A stretch of 9,641 nt of DNA, from the NCBI RefSeq assembly GCF_006345805.1, contig NW_021827984.1, forward strand, positions 1 to 9,641, in the 5' to 3' direction. The notes below the pieces were generated by a model. The model saw nothing but the letters and a program-made list of their open reading frames with translations. It was not told the DNA's origin and searched no databases. Below are positions 1 through 8,797 of the stretch, piece by piece. Each line of letters starts with the position of its first letter. The first letter of the stretch is position 1. The stretch comes from Octopus sinensis (lineage: Eukaryota). Both the position numbers and the translations under genes were made by a program.

Positions 1-371
1 TCAACCGCACACTCGACTACACGCCCACATACATTTGACACTCACGCTATACTTTCACTTTCGGAAAGACAAGTAGTCATACCTTTCAATGAATCGTATT
101 TAGAACGCAGATATAAATAGCTGAATGTCCTAAATATATTAGAACTAAATAGATTATTATACGAATACGCATCTGATATGCATGTAGCTTGCCGATAGAA
201 GCTGTTTACATGTGTAGCTTATTGAGCTGGGCTCCACAGGAATATATGTAGGCTTTGTATGCATAGAGCTTATACAAACCATCTCTCTAAAAAAGCTATC
301 ACTGGAAATAATCTGTCTGTCCCCCCTCGTTCTCTCGTCTCTCTTTCTCTGTATATATGTGTGGGGGTTGA

Positions 372-438
372 GTGTGTGTGTGTGTGTGTGCATGTGTGTA
401 TGTGTGTGTGTGTTTGTGTGTGTGCGTGTGCGCGCGCG
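372..438. repeat. (GT)n / (GC)n microsatellite
   Basis: Directly visible dinucleotide run. Confidence 0.95.
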
Positions 439-484
439 TTTTTGTGTGTTCTAGTAGAGTATCCACTTTCAAGTGAAGATAAAT

Positions 485-703
485 ATTCTTTTCTACTCTA
501 GGCGCAATGCCCGAAAATTTTATAGGAGGAAACCATCCGATTAGACCGACCCAAGTACGCAACTGGTACGTAATTTATCGACCCCGAAAGAATGAAAGGC
601 AAAGTCGACCACGGCGGAATTTGAATTCAGAACGTAAAGACAGACGAAATACTGCTCGGCATTTCGCCCGGCGTGCTAACAATTCTGCCAGCTCCCCACC
701 GCC
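485..703 (-). mobile_element. tRNA-derived SINE, near full length (cephalopod-type family with CTTTCATCCTTTCGGGGTCGATAAATT-like core)
   Basis: The reverse complement reads GGCGG..GAGCTGGCAGAATTGTTAGC (A-box region)...GTTCTGAATTCAAATTCCGCC (B-box like)...CTTTCATTCTTTCGGGGTCGATAAATTACGTACCAG...TAGAGTAGAAAAAGAATATT. It is homologous to the copy at 6235-6399 in this window. Confidence 0.9.
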
Positions 704-1169
704 TTAAGTGGGGATGAAGATTACCTTGTGTTTATTAGTACTGCTTCTGTCGCTAATAATTATCTCTTAACAAGTCCACTGGCGAATCGCGACACCAGCC
801 CCTGTTGTGGCACACTGTGATTCTCTATATCACTGACCGATATACATCACTGCTACCTCTAACGTCTGGGGCCCAACATTGACAAGACTAAGAAAGGCCG
901 ACATTAAGTGACCTGATGCACTCAGCGCTGGCGGTGGTGGGGTCTGTTTCCTTTCTAGTGATATAAGCAAGAGCGCATTCTACACTAAAAACCAATATCA
1001 GAGTTTCTCTCATGAGAACTGCCGCAGTAAAGTTTTGTTCTACCAGAACATCCACGGTTAAGTGGAGATAAATGTTACCTCTTTGCTATTAATGCTACTT
1101 GCGTCTCTAATAAATATTTTTTAACAAGCAGTGAGTATGCCTGGTATTTATTATATCGATTTCTTTTCC

Positions 1170-1369
1170 AAACTTCTAGGTTACGGGGAAGGAGCCAAAG
1201 AAACAAGCAGTTTGTGGGGACAAATGCAACACAAGCACAAATCCATATACATACGAAGGACTTCCTTACAGTTTCCTCCTACCACATTCCCTTAAAAGAC
1301 ATTGGTTAGCCCGGGGTTATAGTAGAAGACACAGTGCAATGTGCCACGCAGTAACACTGGCCCCGAAAC
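1170..1369 (-). mobile_element. Diverged SINE (family of the 5232-5642 element)
   Basis: 1245-1369 is the reverse complement of the 5' half of the 5232-5642 SINE (CAGTTTCC..CTACCA..., TATAGTAGAAGACAC, GTGCCACGCAGT). 1175-1225 matches its post-microsatellite part (GTTACGGGGA). Confidence 0.75.
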
Positions 1370-1377
1370 CTAATCAG

Positions 1378-1417
1378 TAAATTTAGTTGACGGAAACTAA
1401 AAGAAGCATGTTGTATG
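1378..1417 (+). mobile_element. Short SINE fragment
   Basis: ATTTAGTTGACGGAAACTAAAAGAAGC matches ATTTGGTAGACGGAAACTGAAAGAAGC at ~5360-5386. Confidence 0.65.
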
Positions 1418-1544
1418 AATAGACACACCCACACACATTCATGCACACGTACTCACACATACATATTATCTATATCACATAAATACATGATATAACATGT
1501 ATGTGTGTGTATATATGAAAATATTTGAACCTGCATACGTATCT

Positions 1545-1690
1545 CCGTTTTTATTTTCTTTTTGTCTTCCCAATACTTTCAGTCGAAGAATGTAGGTTCG
1601 AAACTGCAAAGACTTTTCCATTCTTCCAGAGCGTTAAACCAATGCACCTGCCTTCGTCTGTCTTTTGTTTTCCGTAAATTTGAACTAAAC
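1545..1690 (+). mobile_element. Penelope-like terminal-repeat fragment (copy A) with degenerate minimal hammerhead motif at 1576-1611
   Basis: CTTT CAGTCGA A GAAT GTAG GTTC GAAAC TGC AAAG followed by ACTTTTCC...GAGCGTTAAACCAATGCACC..GTCTTTTG. It is homologous to the reverse complements of 1715-1890 and 9375-9520. The family assignment is inferred from the HHR architecture. Confidence 0.7.
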
Positions 1691-1712
1691 ATATATATAT
1701 ATATATATATAT
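1691..1712. repeat. (TA)n microsatellite separating two inverted Penelope-like ends
   Basis: Directly visible. Confidence 0.95.
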
Positions 1713-1714
1713 GT

Positions 1715-1890
1715 ATAGGGAGAGTTTACTGAAAAAACAAGAGACGAAGACAGGTGGTGTACAAAACAAACAGATGTATTAGTATAATGCTCAGGAATAG
1801 AAAAAGTCTTTTACGTTTCGAGCCTACGGTCCTCTCCAGAAAGGGACACAGAAAAAAAACAAAGAAAGAAAAAAATGTGTGTAGTGGCTA
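1715..1890 (-). mobile_element. Penelope-like terminal-repeat fragment (copy B) with minimal hammerhead-like motif at 1808-1843
   Basis: The minus strand reads CUUU CUGGAGA G GACC GUAG GCUC GAAAC GUA AAAG. It aligns with 9385-9520 through TAGTGGCTA. Confidence 0.75.
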
Positions 1891-2392
1891 ATAAATTTGA
1901 ATAATAACGATGAAAAATTGAATATTAATTTGATTAATATCAATTTAAAACCAATGGCCTAGCATATTGAAAAATCTGAAGATTCAGAAAAAGTGGTAAC
2001 AATGAAACTGGGCTTGTGATTAATCTTTATATTTTGTATTTTTTTCATTTGTCTTGCTCGCTTACGTTCTGGCGTTTGCTGAATTTTCTTGAGAACAATC
2101 TTTTCTAAGTGGTCAGGCCATATAGGGGTCTACCTCTAGCATAATGGATGTACACTTAGTGGTCATCCCTCTTATATGTATGTAATATATATATATATAT
2201 CAAACCCAAGCAGTTCTATTTGTTTATTTTTCATCATTGATTCACTATCTGCTCGACTGGATTCCTCTTGATAGCCACTGTTTACACCGCAGATTTACTA
2301 AAGGTTTCGGAATGTAAGTTGAAATCGTTTGAGCTCTATTCAGTATTTTCTGTATTGAGTCTTTGGATCTCATCTTCCTACATAAATGCATC

Positions 2393-2438
2393 CATACATA
2401 CATACATACATACATACATACATACATACATACATACA

Positions 2439-2468
<30 letters not shown>
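2393..2468. repeat. (CATA)n microsatellite
   Basis: Perfect tetranucleotide run. Confidence 0.97.
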
Positions 2469-2470
<2 letters not shown>

Positions 2471-2865
2471 GATAACCGTTAGCCGCATCAGTTTTAGTTT
2501 TTCACAACTAGACTCAACAACACTTCCTTTAATAAGCTCTTGAAATTTCCTAAGGGTAAAATATTTATATCGGAATATGTTATTTGCTATTTCCTCCTTC
2601 AAGTCTTCTGTAATAATGATAATGATTTTTTGATGTATCCTTTCTTTTTTGCACTGAAGAGAACGTAAAATGTAATTAATTTAATTTAATTTAATTAATT
2701 TCTAATTGTTCTACCATGTTACTTACATGTTAATATTGCTGTACGAAACGATCATAGCATGTATTAAAATTCTTTTTTAAATTTTAACACACCTCTTCTC
2801 CATATTTAATAGTTTTTTTAGTTTCTTGGGATACCTTTCCATAAATTCTCATCGCATACCATATG

Positions 2866-2915
<50 letters not shown>
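2866..2915. repeat. (TA)n microsatellite
   Basis: Directly visible. Confidence 0.95.
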
Positions 2916-2918
<3 letters not shown>

Positions 2919-2977
2919 AAACCATATAAAAAAAACTATAAAAAAAACCATCCGCACCGAAACCATATATGTATATT

Positions 2978-3017
2978 AAGAGAGAGAGAGAGAAAGAGAG
3001 GAAGAGAGAGAGAGAGA
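2978..3017. repeat. (GA)n microsatellite
   Basis: Directly visible. Confidence 0.9.
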
Positions 3018-3112
3018 GTGATACATATAAAGATGGATAATTATTTATTCGAAACTGGTGATTCATTCCTTGCAATATTAAAGGTTTAATTTCAAATAAA
3101 AGACATTACATC

Positions 3113-3265
3113 GGCGCAGGAATGGCTGTGTGGTTAAATATCCTGCCTTGAAGTCAGGTGGTTTCGGGTTTAGTTCCTTTGTGTGGCGTCCTGGACGAGT
3201 GTAATCTACTATGGCCCCGAGTCAACCAATACCTTCTGACTTTAGTAGACAGAAATGAGTGGAGT
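3113..3265 (+). mobile_element. Diverged SINE 5' half (tRNA head)
   Basis: GGCGCAGGAATGGCTGTGTGGTT (A box)...GGTTTCGGGTTTAGTTCC (B box)...CTACTATGGCCCCGAGTCAACCAA..TAGTAGACAGAAA. Homologous to 5232-5395. Confidence 0.8.
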
Positions 3266-3435
3266 ATATATACATACATACATACATACATACATACATA
3301 CATACATACATGCATACATACATACATAAATGCATACATGCATACATACATACATACATACATACATACATAAATGCATACATGCATACATACATACATA
3401 TATACATGCATACATACATACATACATGTACATAT

Positions 3436-3470
<35 letters not shown>

Positions 3471-3472
3471 CA
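3266..3472. repeat. Compound (CATA)n/(TA)n microsatellite
   Basis: Directly visible; lies where this SINE family has its internal microsatellite. Confidence 0.95.
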
Positions 3473-3483
3473 TACACATTTTT

Positions 3484-3647
3484 TTTTATTAAAGCTGCAA
3501 AAGCATCACAAAAACTGCTACTCGGAGTTTTATGTTCCCGTTCGTCGGTTGAGTTGGGATCAAGGCTCTCGATCACAACAACTCGATTAACGGGAACGTG
3601 AAACCATGAGCAACAGATTTTCTGATGTCTTTGTGGCCTTAATAAAA
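3484..3647. mobile_element. Palindromic MITE-like element (~164 bp)
   Basis: 3484-3542 and 3589-3647 are gap-free imperfect inverted repeats (TTTTATTAAAGCTGCAAAAGCATCAC...TGTTCCCGTT / AACGGGAACGTG...GATGTCTTTGTGGCCTTAATAAAA). The interior also pairs (GGATC..GATCA) around a 9-nt loop. Confidence 0.75.
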
Positions 3648-3710
3648 AAGCATATTACTCTACCTTCGGTATTCGAGTTCGATATTTTCCATCTTGTTTT
3701 ATGTGCCTAC

Positions 3711-3897
3711 ACGTGTGTGTATATGTGTATGCGTGAATGTGTGTGTGTATGTGTGAATGTGTGTGTGTGAATGTGTGTCTGTGTGTGAATGCGTGTAGTG
3801 TATGTGTGTGTGCGTGTGAGTGTGGGATTGTGCGTGAGTATGTGTATGTGTGTGAGTGTGTGTATATATATATGTGTGTGTGCGTGTGCGTGTGTGT
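3711..3897. repeat. Degenerate (GT)n microsatellite
   Basis: Directly visible. Confidence 0.92.
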
Positions 3898-3942
3898 GCT
3901 AACTTTTAAGTTTGTGTGCCTACTCCCCCGCCCCTCCCCCAC

Positions 3943-4108
3943 TTCAAAACCGTTGTTAGTTTGTTAATGTCATCGTAACTTAGCGTTTCGGTAAAAAAAA
4001 GTTCATTTAAGAACGAGAATTAGGGGCAATTTCTTCGATTAAAAACCTTTCAATGCACTGCCCCAGCATGGCCGCAATTAAATGACTGAAACAAGCAAAA
4101 GATAAAAT
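3943..4108 (+). mobile_element. Diverged SINE 3' half
   Basis: CGTAACTTAGCGTTTCGGTAAAA...CCCCAGCATGGCCGCAATTAAATGACTGAAACAAGCAAAAGATAAAA matches 5497-5640. Confidence 0.8.
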
Positions 4109-4601
4109 ATCATAAACAAAGATCTAGAAATATACTAAAATAAAATCAAACATCAGGCTTCCCACCTCCACCACCACTGTCGGTATTCAAGCCTCATCCC
4201 TATCGATTCATCGAAAAAGTATTAGGGCTTACATCTAGGAGCACCTGGCCTCCTTATATGCTAAATTAGGCTTCAAATGTTTAAACTAAAAACTTTTATC
4301 TCGGTATATATCACATTTATTTCACAGATAATTCCTAGTTCCCTTAAATGTCAGCATTTGAACTATCCTTCGTCAACTATCAAAGCGAGCGAAGTATTTC
4401 CACTTTATTTCGTTGTTTATGACAAGTATTGAGCTAGAGATTATGAGTAATAAGAATTAATAGTTAATATATGAGCGTAAATGATACAAGACATTATGAA
4501 CTCTGACTTGGAACAGATAAACAACTGTTCCTTTGACCACACTCCAATCTCTCCCTTTCTCTCTCTCTCTCCCTCTCTTTCCCCTCTTACACACACACAT
4601 T

Positions 4602-4928
4602 ATTTGGTGTGCACAGTATAAAGATATGAGCTACAAATAGTTAATTGCTGTGAAGACACGTGTCGAGACAGGTTTTTTATAATGCGCCTTGCGTTTTAAA
4701 ACAATCTGCTGGCTTTCAGCACATGGTCTGTTGTGTTTGAAAATCAGGAAGATTTTCAAACACAATAGACCATTTGTGAAATTACAAGAAGAAAACGGGA
4801 AGAAAGTTGAATCTCAGAGCTCAAAGATTGCTTTGGGACATAAAGAATGTTATAAAAACCTCCCTAGACATATGTCTTCACTGCAAGAAGCTTTTGTAGC
4901 TTGTATTGCTATACTGTGTACAACAAAT
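4602..4928. mobile_element. Foldback/palindromic MITE-like element (~327 bp) with near-perfect central 23-bp hairpin
   Basis: Nested inverted matches: 4602-4638 with 4892-4928, 4651-4669 with 4863-4881, 4672-4684 with 4846-4860, and 4723-4745 with 4751-4773 (22/23, one G-U, loop AGGAA). Confidence 0.75.
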
Positions 4929-5231
4929 GAAAATACTCTCTAACTGGATGGAATACACACTCCACACATACACGCGCACACACGCACACTCGCATATTCA
5001 CTCTTACACACACGCAGTGTCACGTAAATTTATCATGGAGGTTATTTTTAACAGCACTCAGTATCTTTGGAATGCCCAGCCCCTTAGGCAGTAATACGAT
5101 GAAAGACAAAGTTTCTGGAAGCCGGTCGGATGAATTATACCTGTAATTCGAGCAGGCAGAATAGTGTAGGATTTAACGGTCATTTGTGGTACCAAATTGT
5201 CTACCCACTTCCTTAAATTCATTTTCTCTTT

Positions 5232-5642
5232 CGTAGGAGTGGCTGTGTGGTAAGTAGCTTACTTACGAACCACATGGTTCCGGGTTCAGTTCCACTGCGT
5301 GTCATCTTGGGCAAGTATTTTCTACTATAGCCTCGGGTCGACCAAAGCCTTGTGAGTGGATTTGGTAGACGGAAACTGAAAGAAGCCCGTCGTATATATC
5401 TATATATGTATGTATATGTGTATGTATATGTTTGTGTGTCTGTGTTTGCCCCCCCCCCAACATCACTTGACAACCGATGCTGGTGTGTTTACGTCCACGT
5501 AACTTAGCGGTTCGGCAAAAGTAACCGATAGAATAAGTACTAGGCTTACAAAGAATAAGTCCTGGGGTCGATTTGCTCGACTAAAAGGTTATGCTCCAGC
5601 ATGGCCACAGTCAAATGACTGAAACAAGTAAAAGAGTAAAAG
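5232..5642 (+). mobile_element. Full-length tRNA-derived SINE with internal (TA/TG) microsatellite
   Basis: A box TGGCTGTGTGGT (5240-5251), B box GGTTCAGTTCC (5283-5293), body ...GGATTTGGTAGACGGAAACTGAAAGAAGCCCGTCG, microsatellite at ~5395-5440, and 3' tail CCAGCATGGCCACAGTCAAATGACTGAAACAAGTAAAAGAGTAAAAGA. I recognise this as an octopus-type SINE from recall. Confidence 0.92.
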
Positions 5643-5649
5643 ACCACTT

Positions 5650-5780
5650 TTTTTACATTCTTTTATTTTATCCGATGAACGACAAACACCCAAAACGTCA
5701 AGACTTTTTCTCTTCTTTTTAAGCCTCAAACTAATATATTTCTTAAAAGTTCGTTCTCTCTCGTGTCGTCGTCTTTTTGT
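5650..5780 (+). mobile_element. Highly diverged Penelope-like terminal-repeat fragment (copy C)
   Basis: CCGATGA...AAAACGTCAAGACTTTTTC...AAGCCTCAAACTAATATA...GTCGTCGTCTTTTTG parallels the motif order in copies A/B/D (GAAACGTAAAAGACTTTTTC...GAGCGTTAAACTAATACA...CTTCGTCT). Confidence 0.5.
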
Positions 5781-6104
5781 GCGCATTACCTAATTCCTTA
5801 AACGTGATACATACCTTCGACTACAGGAAACACAGGTATCTAAAACGGCTTCTTTATACGGTCCGCATATCAGCATGCCACCAGCCACGCCACTTGATGC
5901 AAAGACCAATCCCATCACACACTTTATTACTTTAATTGAGGATTTCATTGGGATTATGTCAAAGTAGAGGTACACATCAGGCTTTTCGTGAGGGTCTAAA
6001 ACACTGCTTGGTGCGGACACAAGATCAAAGAGAAGATTTAGGGACCCATTTGACCCTTCTCTATTATTGTTGCTCAGCGCAGAATAAATTTGTTAGTCAT
6101 TGCA

Positions 6105-6190
6105 TTGGTGTCAAATTGATCGACTAATCCCTTTAACATGTTGCCTCAGCATGACTGTAGTCTAATGACTGAAACAATAAAAGATAAAAG
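6105..6190 (+). mobile_element. SINE 3' tail fragment
   Basis: GTCAAATTGATCGACTAA...CAGCATGACTGTAGTCTAATGACTGAAACAATAAAAGATAAAAGA matches the 5560-5642 tail. Confidence 0.8.
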
Positions 6191-6234
6191 ATTCATCTCG
6201 TACAAATTTGCTCGTTATAATTACAGGTTTAATT

Positions 6235-6399
6235 CAGTATTTCTCCCGTCACCAAGTTCTGAGTTCAAATTCCGCCGAGGTCGACTTTACCTTTCATCCT
6301 TTCGGGGTCGAGAAATTAAGTACCAGTTACGCACTGGAGTCGATGTAATCGACTATCCTCCCTCCCCAAAGTTTAGGCCTTGTACCTATTGTAGAAAGG
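6235..6399 (+). mobile_element. 5'-truncated SINE flanked by 18-bp target-site duplication
   Basis: Homologous to the reverse complement of 485-660. ATAATTACAGGTTTAATT occurs exactly at 6217-6234 and 6400-6417. Confidence 0.9.
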
Positions 6400-6459
6400 A
6401 TAATTACAGGTTTAATTTTGTTTGTTTGTTTGCTGGTTGTTACGTTGGTTTAAATGCTT

Positions 6460-6640
6460 GCACAAGGCCAGTAATCTCGGGAAAACGATTTCATCGAGCC
6501 TGCAGTTCACTTGGTAGGTATTTTCTCAAATCAGAAAGAATAAAATGTAAAGTCGATTCCTGCCAGCGTTTGAACGCAGAACGTAATCTCAGCAGAAATA
6601 GTGCAACACGAATATTCTGGCGCTGTAACCTTCGTGGCTG
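6460..6640 (-). mobile_element. Diverged SINE (same family as 485-703), inverted relative to 6235-6399
   Basis: CACAAGGCC...CTTGGTAGGTATTT...AAAGTCGATTCCTGCCAGCGTTTGAACGCAGAACGTAA aligns with 500-640. Confidence 0.7.
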
Positions 6641-6695
6641 GTTGTGACATAACTGTTGTTATTGTTGTTGTTTAGATGGTGGTGGTGGTGGTATT

Positions 6696-6759
6696 ATAAT
6701 TAAATGCATTCCTAATAATTAAATGCATTATAATTAAATGCATTATAATTAAATGCATT
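6696..6759. repeat. Minisatellite, 4 identical copies of ATAATTAAATGCATT
   Basis: Units at 6696-6710, 6715-6729, 6730-6744 and 6745-6759, with a CCTA spacer after the first. Confidence 0.95.
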
Positions 6760-6834
6760 CCGTCGATGACCATCGCGTCTGTTTTTCCCCAGCTACACTG
6801 AGTCGAGTTCCATGTTTTCCCGTCTTTCTTTAAA

Positions 6835-7083
6835 TGCATGTGTATGCGTGTATATGTTACATACATACATACATTTAAATATACATATTTTTACATACAT
6901 ACATATATGTGTCTGTATGTGTGTGTGGCATGCGTGTATATATGAATGTATTTGTGTGTTAATACACACAGACACACAGACACCACACATACATATATAT
7001 ATACACATACATATACATGCATATACACACTGACTTAGGCATACGCACTTTTACATACTCTATATATATATATATATATATAA

Positions 7084-7144
<61 letters not shown>

Positions 7145-7165
7145 AATATATATACATAAATATAT
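6835..7165. repeat. Compound (TA)n/(CATA)n/(GT)n low-complexity tract
   Basis: Directly visible. Confidence 0.9.
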
Positions 7166-7225
7166 ATGAAAGCAGATGCGTCTATATTTCACAGTTTTTA
7201 TGCTTGAAACTTAGGGTGTTATATT

Positions 7226-7365
7226 AATTCTTTTTCTTGTTTTGTCTTTCCTTTTCTTTGTGTCTGTTTTGTCTTTCTTTCTTACACATCTTTCCTTCCT
7301 TTCTTCCTTCCTTCCTATCTTCCTTCTTTTCTTCCTTTCTACCTCCTTTTCTTTTCTCTCTATTC
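7226..7365. repeat. Polypyrimidine (CTT/TTCC) low-complexity tract
   Basis: Directly visible. Confidence 0.85.
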
Positions 7366-7559
7366 TCTGCTAATATGAAAACACCTGTCTTATAAATAGC
7401 AACGTTCTCCCGCCAAACGCTCCCATTATCCACGCATTGTGTCTTTACCCGCCGCTATCCGACCGCAACCACCTACACACCACCCCACGGAAACCACACA
7501 TCCACCGCCCACCACTACCACTATAAGCGAAGAAGTCAGCAAAAGAACTTCTCCATGGT

Positions 7560-7682
7560 GTCTCCGATATGCTACAAACAGCAACCAAATCTTCTTCAAA
7601 TCACATCCACTGTCTTAGAAAAGGGAACACTGGATATTGTGGACCATAGAGGATAGATGAGATGGTCACGGCTAGAACGTTT
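7560..7682 (-). mobile_element. Interspersed repeat copy (unclassified; orientation arbitrary), inverted homolog of 7845-7986
   Basis: The reverse complement GTGACCATC...TTTCTAAGACAGTGGATGTGATTTGAAGAAGATTTGGTTGCTGTT matches GTGACCATC...TTTCTAAAGAGGGTGGATGTGATGTAAGGGAAATTTAACTGCTATT. A third fragment lies at 7751-7782. Confidence 0.65.
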
Positions 7683-7844
7683 CGAAGGTTAAACAACAGC
7701 AATGCCTGCAACAACGCCTCGGTGATCACTTGGCAACAGGGAAGCAACGTGGTCACTTCATCTGCTAGAAATACCAGCCAATATTGTTGCAGTTGTTGTT
7801 GAGTAGCCCAAGGACTAACTAATCCAGTAGATTATGATTAAACC

Positions 7845-7986
7845 ACTCCAGTTGTGACCATCCTACCATTTACTTTTGAAGTATAGCGGATGCGTCTATA
7901 TTGTCTAATGCATGTCCTTCCATTTCTAAAGAGGGTGGATGTGATGTAAGGGAAATTTAACTGCTATTTCTGATCGGACGAATGAC
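7845..7986 (+). mobile_element. Interspersed repeat copy (unclassified), inverted homolog of 7560-7682
   Basis: Shared GTGACCATC (7854-7862) and GTGGATGTGAT blocks in inverted orientation. Confidence 0.65.
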
Positions 7987-8067
7987 TTGATAGAATCTCA
8001 CGCTTTATCAAGTAATGCAATGAATATAGCCTGTTGCGTAAGGTAGTGTTGCTGCTGGTGTTGTTAC

Positions 8068-8212
8068 TGCAGGCAGAGTGGTTAAGAAGCTTTGGGTTCA
8101 GTCCCACTGCGCGGCACCTTGAGCAAGTGTCTTTTAATTTTGACGAAGCCAACTAATGCCTTATATGGGAATTTATTTGTCAGATGGAAACTGTCTGAAA
8201 GCCCGCCGTATA
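8068..8212 (+). mobile_element. Diverged SINE 5' half with internal deletion
   Basis: GGCAGAGTGGTTAAGAAGCTTT, GGGTTCAGTCCCACTGCGCGGCACCTTGAGCAAGTGTCTT and GATGGAAACTG..AAAGCCCGCCGTATA are all homologous to 5236-5395. Confidence 0.8.
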
Positions 8213-8244
8213 TTATTACACACACACCACACATATTATATGTA

Positions 8245-8257
8245 TGTATATATAATA

Positions 8258-8350
<93 letters not shown>
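8245..8350. repeat. (TA)n microsatellite
   Basis: Directly visible. Confidence 0.97.
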
Positions 8351-8352
<2 letters not shown>

Positions 8353-8399
8353 AGTGTTTTTCAACGTCTTGTAAGCCTGGTTGGGGCTTAGGTCGTTAC

Positions 8400-8762
8400 G
8401 AATATATATTAAACTTTTAATACTTTTTGATAGTTTAAAATTTTAAAAATAAATAAATAAATAAATAAATAATAATATATATATATTTTTTTTTATAAGT
8501 TTAATTAATTAATTTAAATAATTTTTAAAATTTAACTTTAATTTAAATATTTTAATTGGATTTTATATTCTATATTTTATATTTTTTATATATTTTTTAT
8601 ATTTTTTAATTAATTTTTTTCTACGTATTGGCTTATGATTTTCACTGCTTGATTTGCCTAATAGTGGTTTTATCTCCATTTAATATAATATAATATAATA
8701 TATATATATATTTAATATAATATATATATATATACATATATATATATACATTATATATATAT

Positions 8763-8797
<35 letters not shown>

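Noticed and set aside
1002-1068. Three small adjacent hairpins (TTCTC/GAGAA, GTTCT/AGAAC, TCCAC/GTGGA)
   Set aside because: 5-bp stems with no tRNA-like or other recognisable global fold.
1973-1996. CTGAAGA...GAAA as a possible hammerhead
   Set aside because: No stem II (only TTCA between core elements) and no stem I/III; it is a simple TCTGAA/TTCAGA hairpin.
2104-2170. Short similarities to the HHR foldback element (TAAGTGGTCAGGCCATAT; GGTCATCCCT)
   Set aside because: The matches are 10-18 nt, not colinear, and insufficient to call a second copy.
2654-2672. CTGAAGAGAACGTAAAA as a deleted HHR copy
   Set aside because: Too short, and the flanks do not align with the terminal-repeat family.
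4519-4541. GGAACAG/CTGTTCC 7-bp hairpin (Helitron end or terminator-like)
   Set aside because: Not followed by CTRR. Short hairpins of this size are expected by chance, and intrinsic terminators are irrelevant in animal DNA.
5232-5300. tRNA gene
   Set aside because: The A/B boxes belong to a SINE head; no complete cloverleaf, and it continues into the SINE body.
5790-6020. 76-aa minus-strand ORF in non-repetitive sequence
   Set aside because: No recognisable homology, and no convincing splice-site pair identified. A BLASTX hit would be needed to reconsider it as an exon or LINE remnant.
6138-6647. Longest ORF (169 aa)
   Set aside because: It spans a SINE tail, a TSD-flanked SINE and an inverted SINE. 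The duplicated 'NYRFN' peptide is just the TSD.
6696-6759. CRISPR-like array
   Set aside because: The repeats are 15 bp and directly tandem without unique spacers, in a eukaryotic context.
8351-8366. CAGTGTTTTTCAAC resembling a hAT-type terminus
   Set aside because: No matching inverted terminus or 8-bp TSD found nearby.
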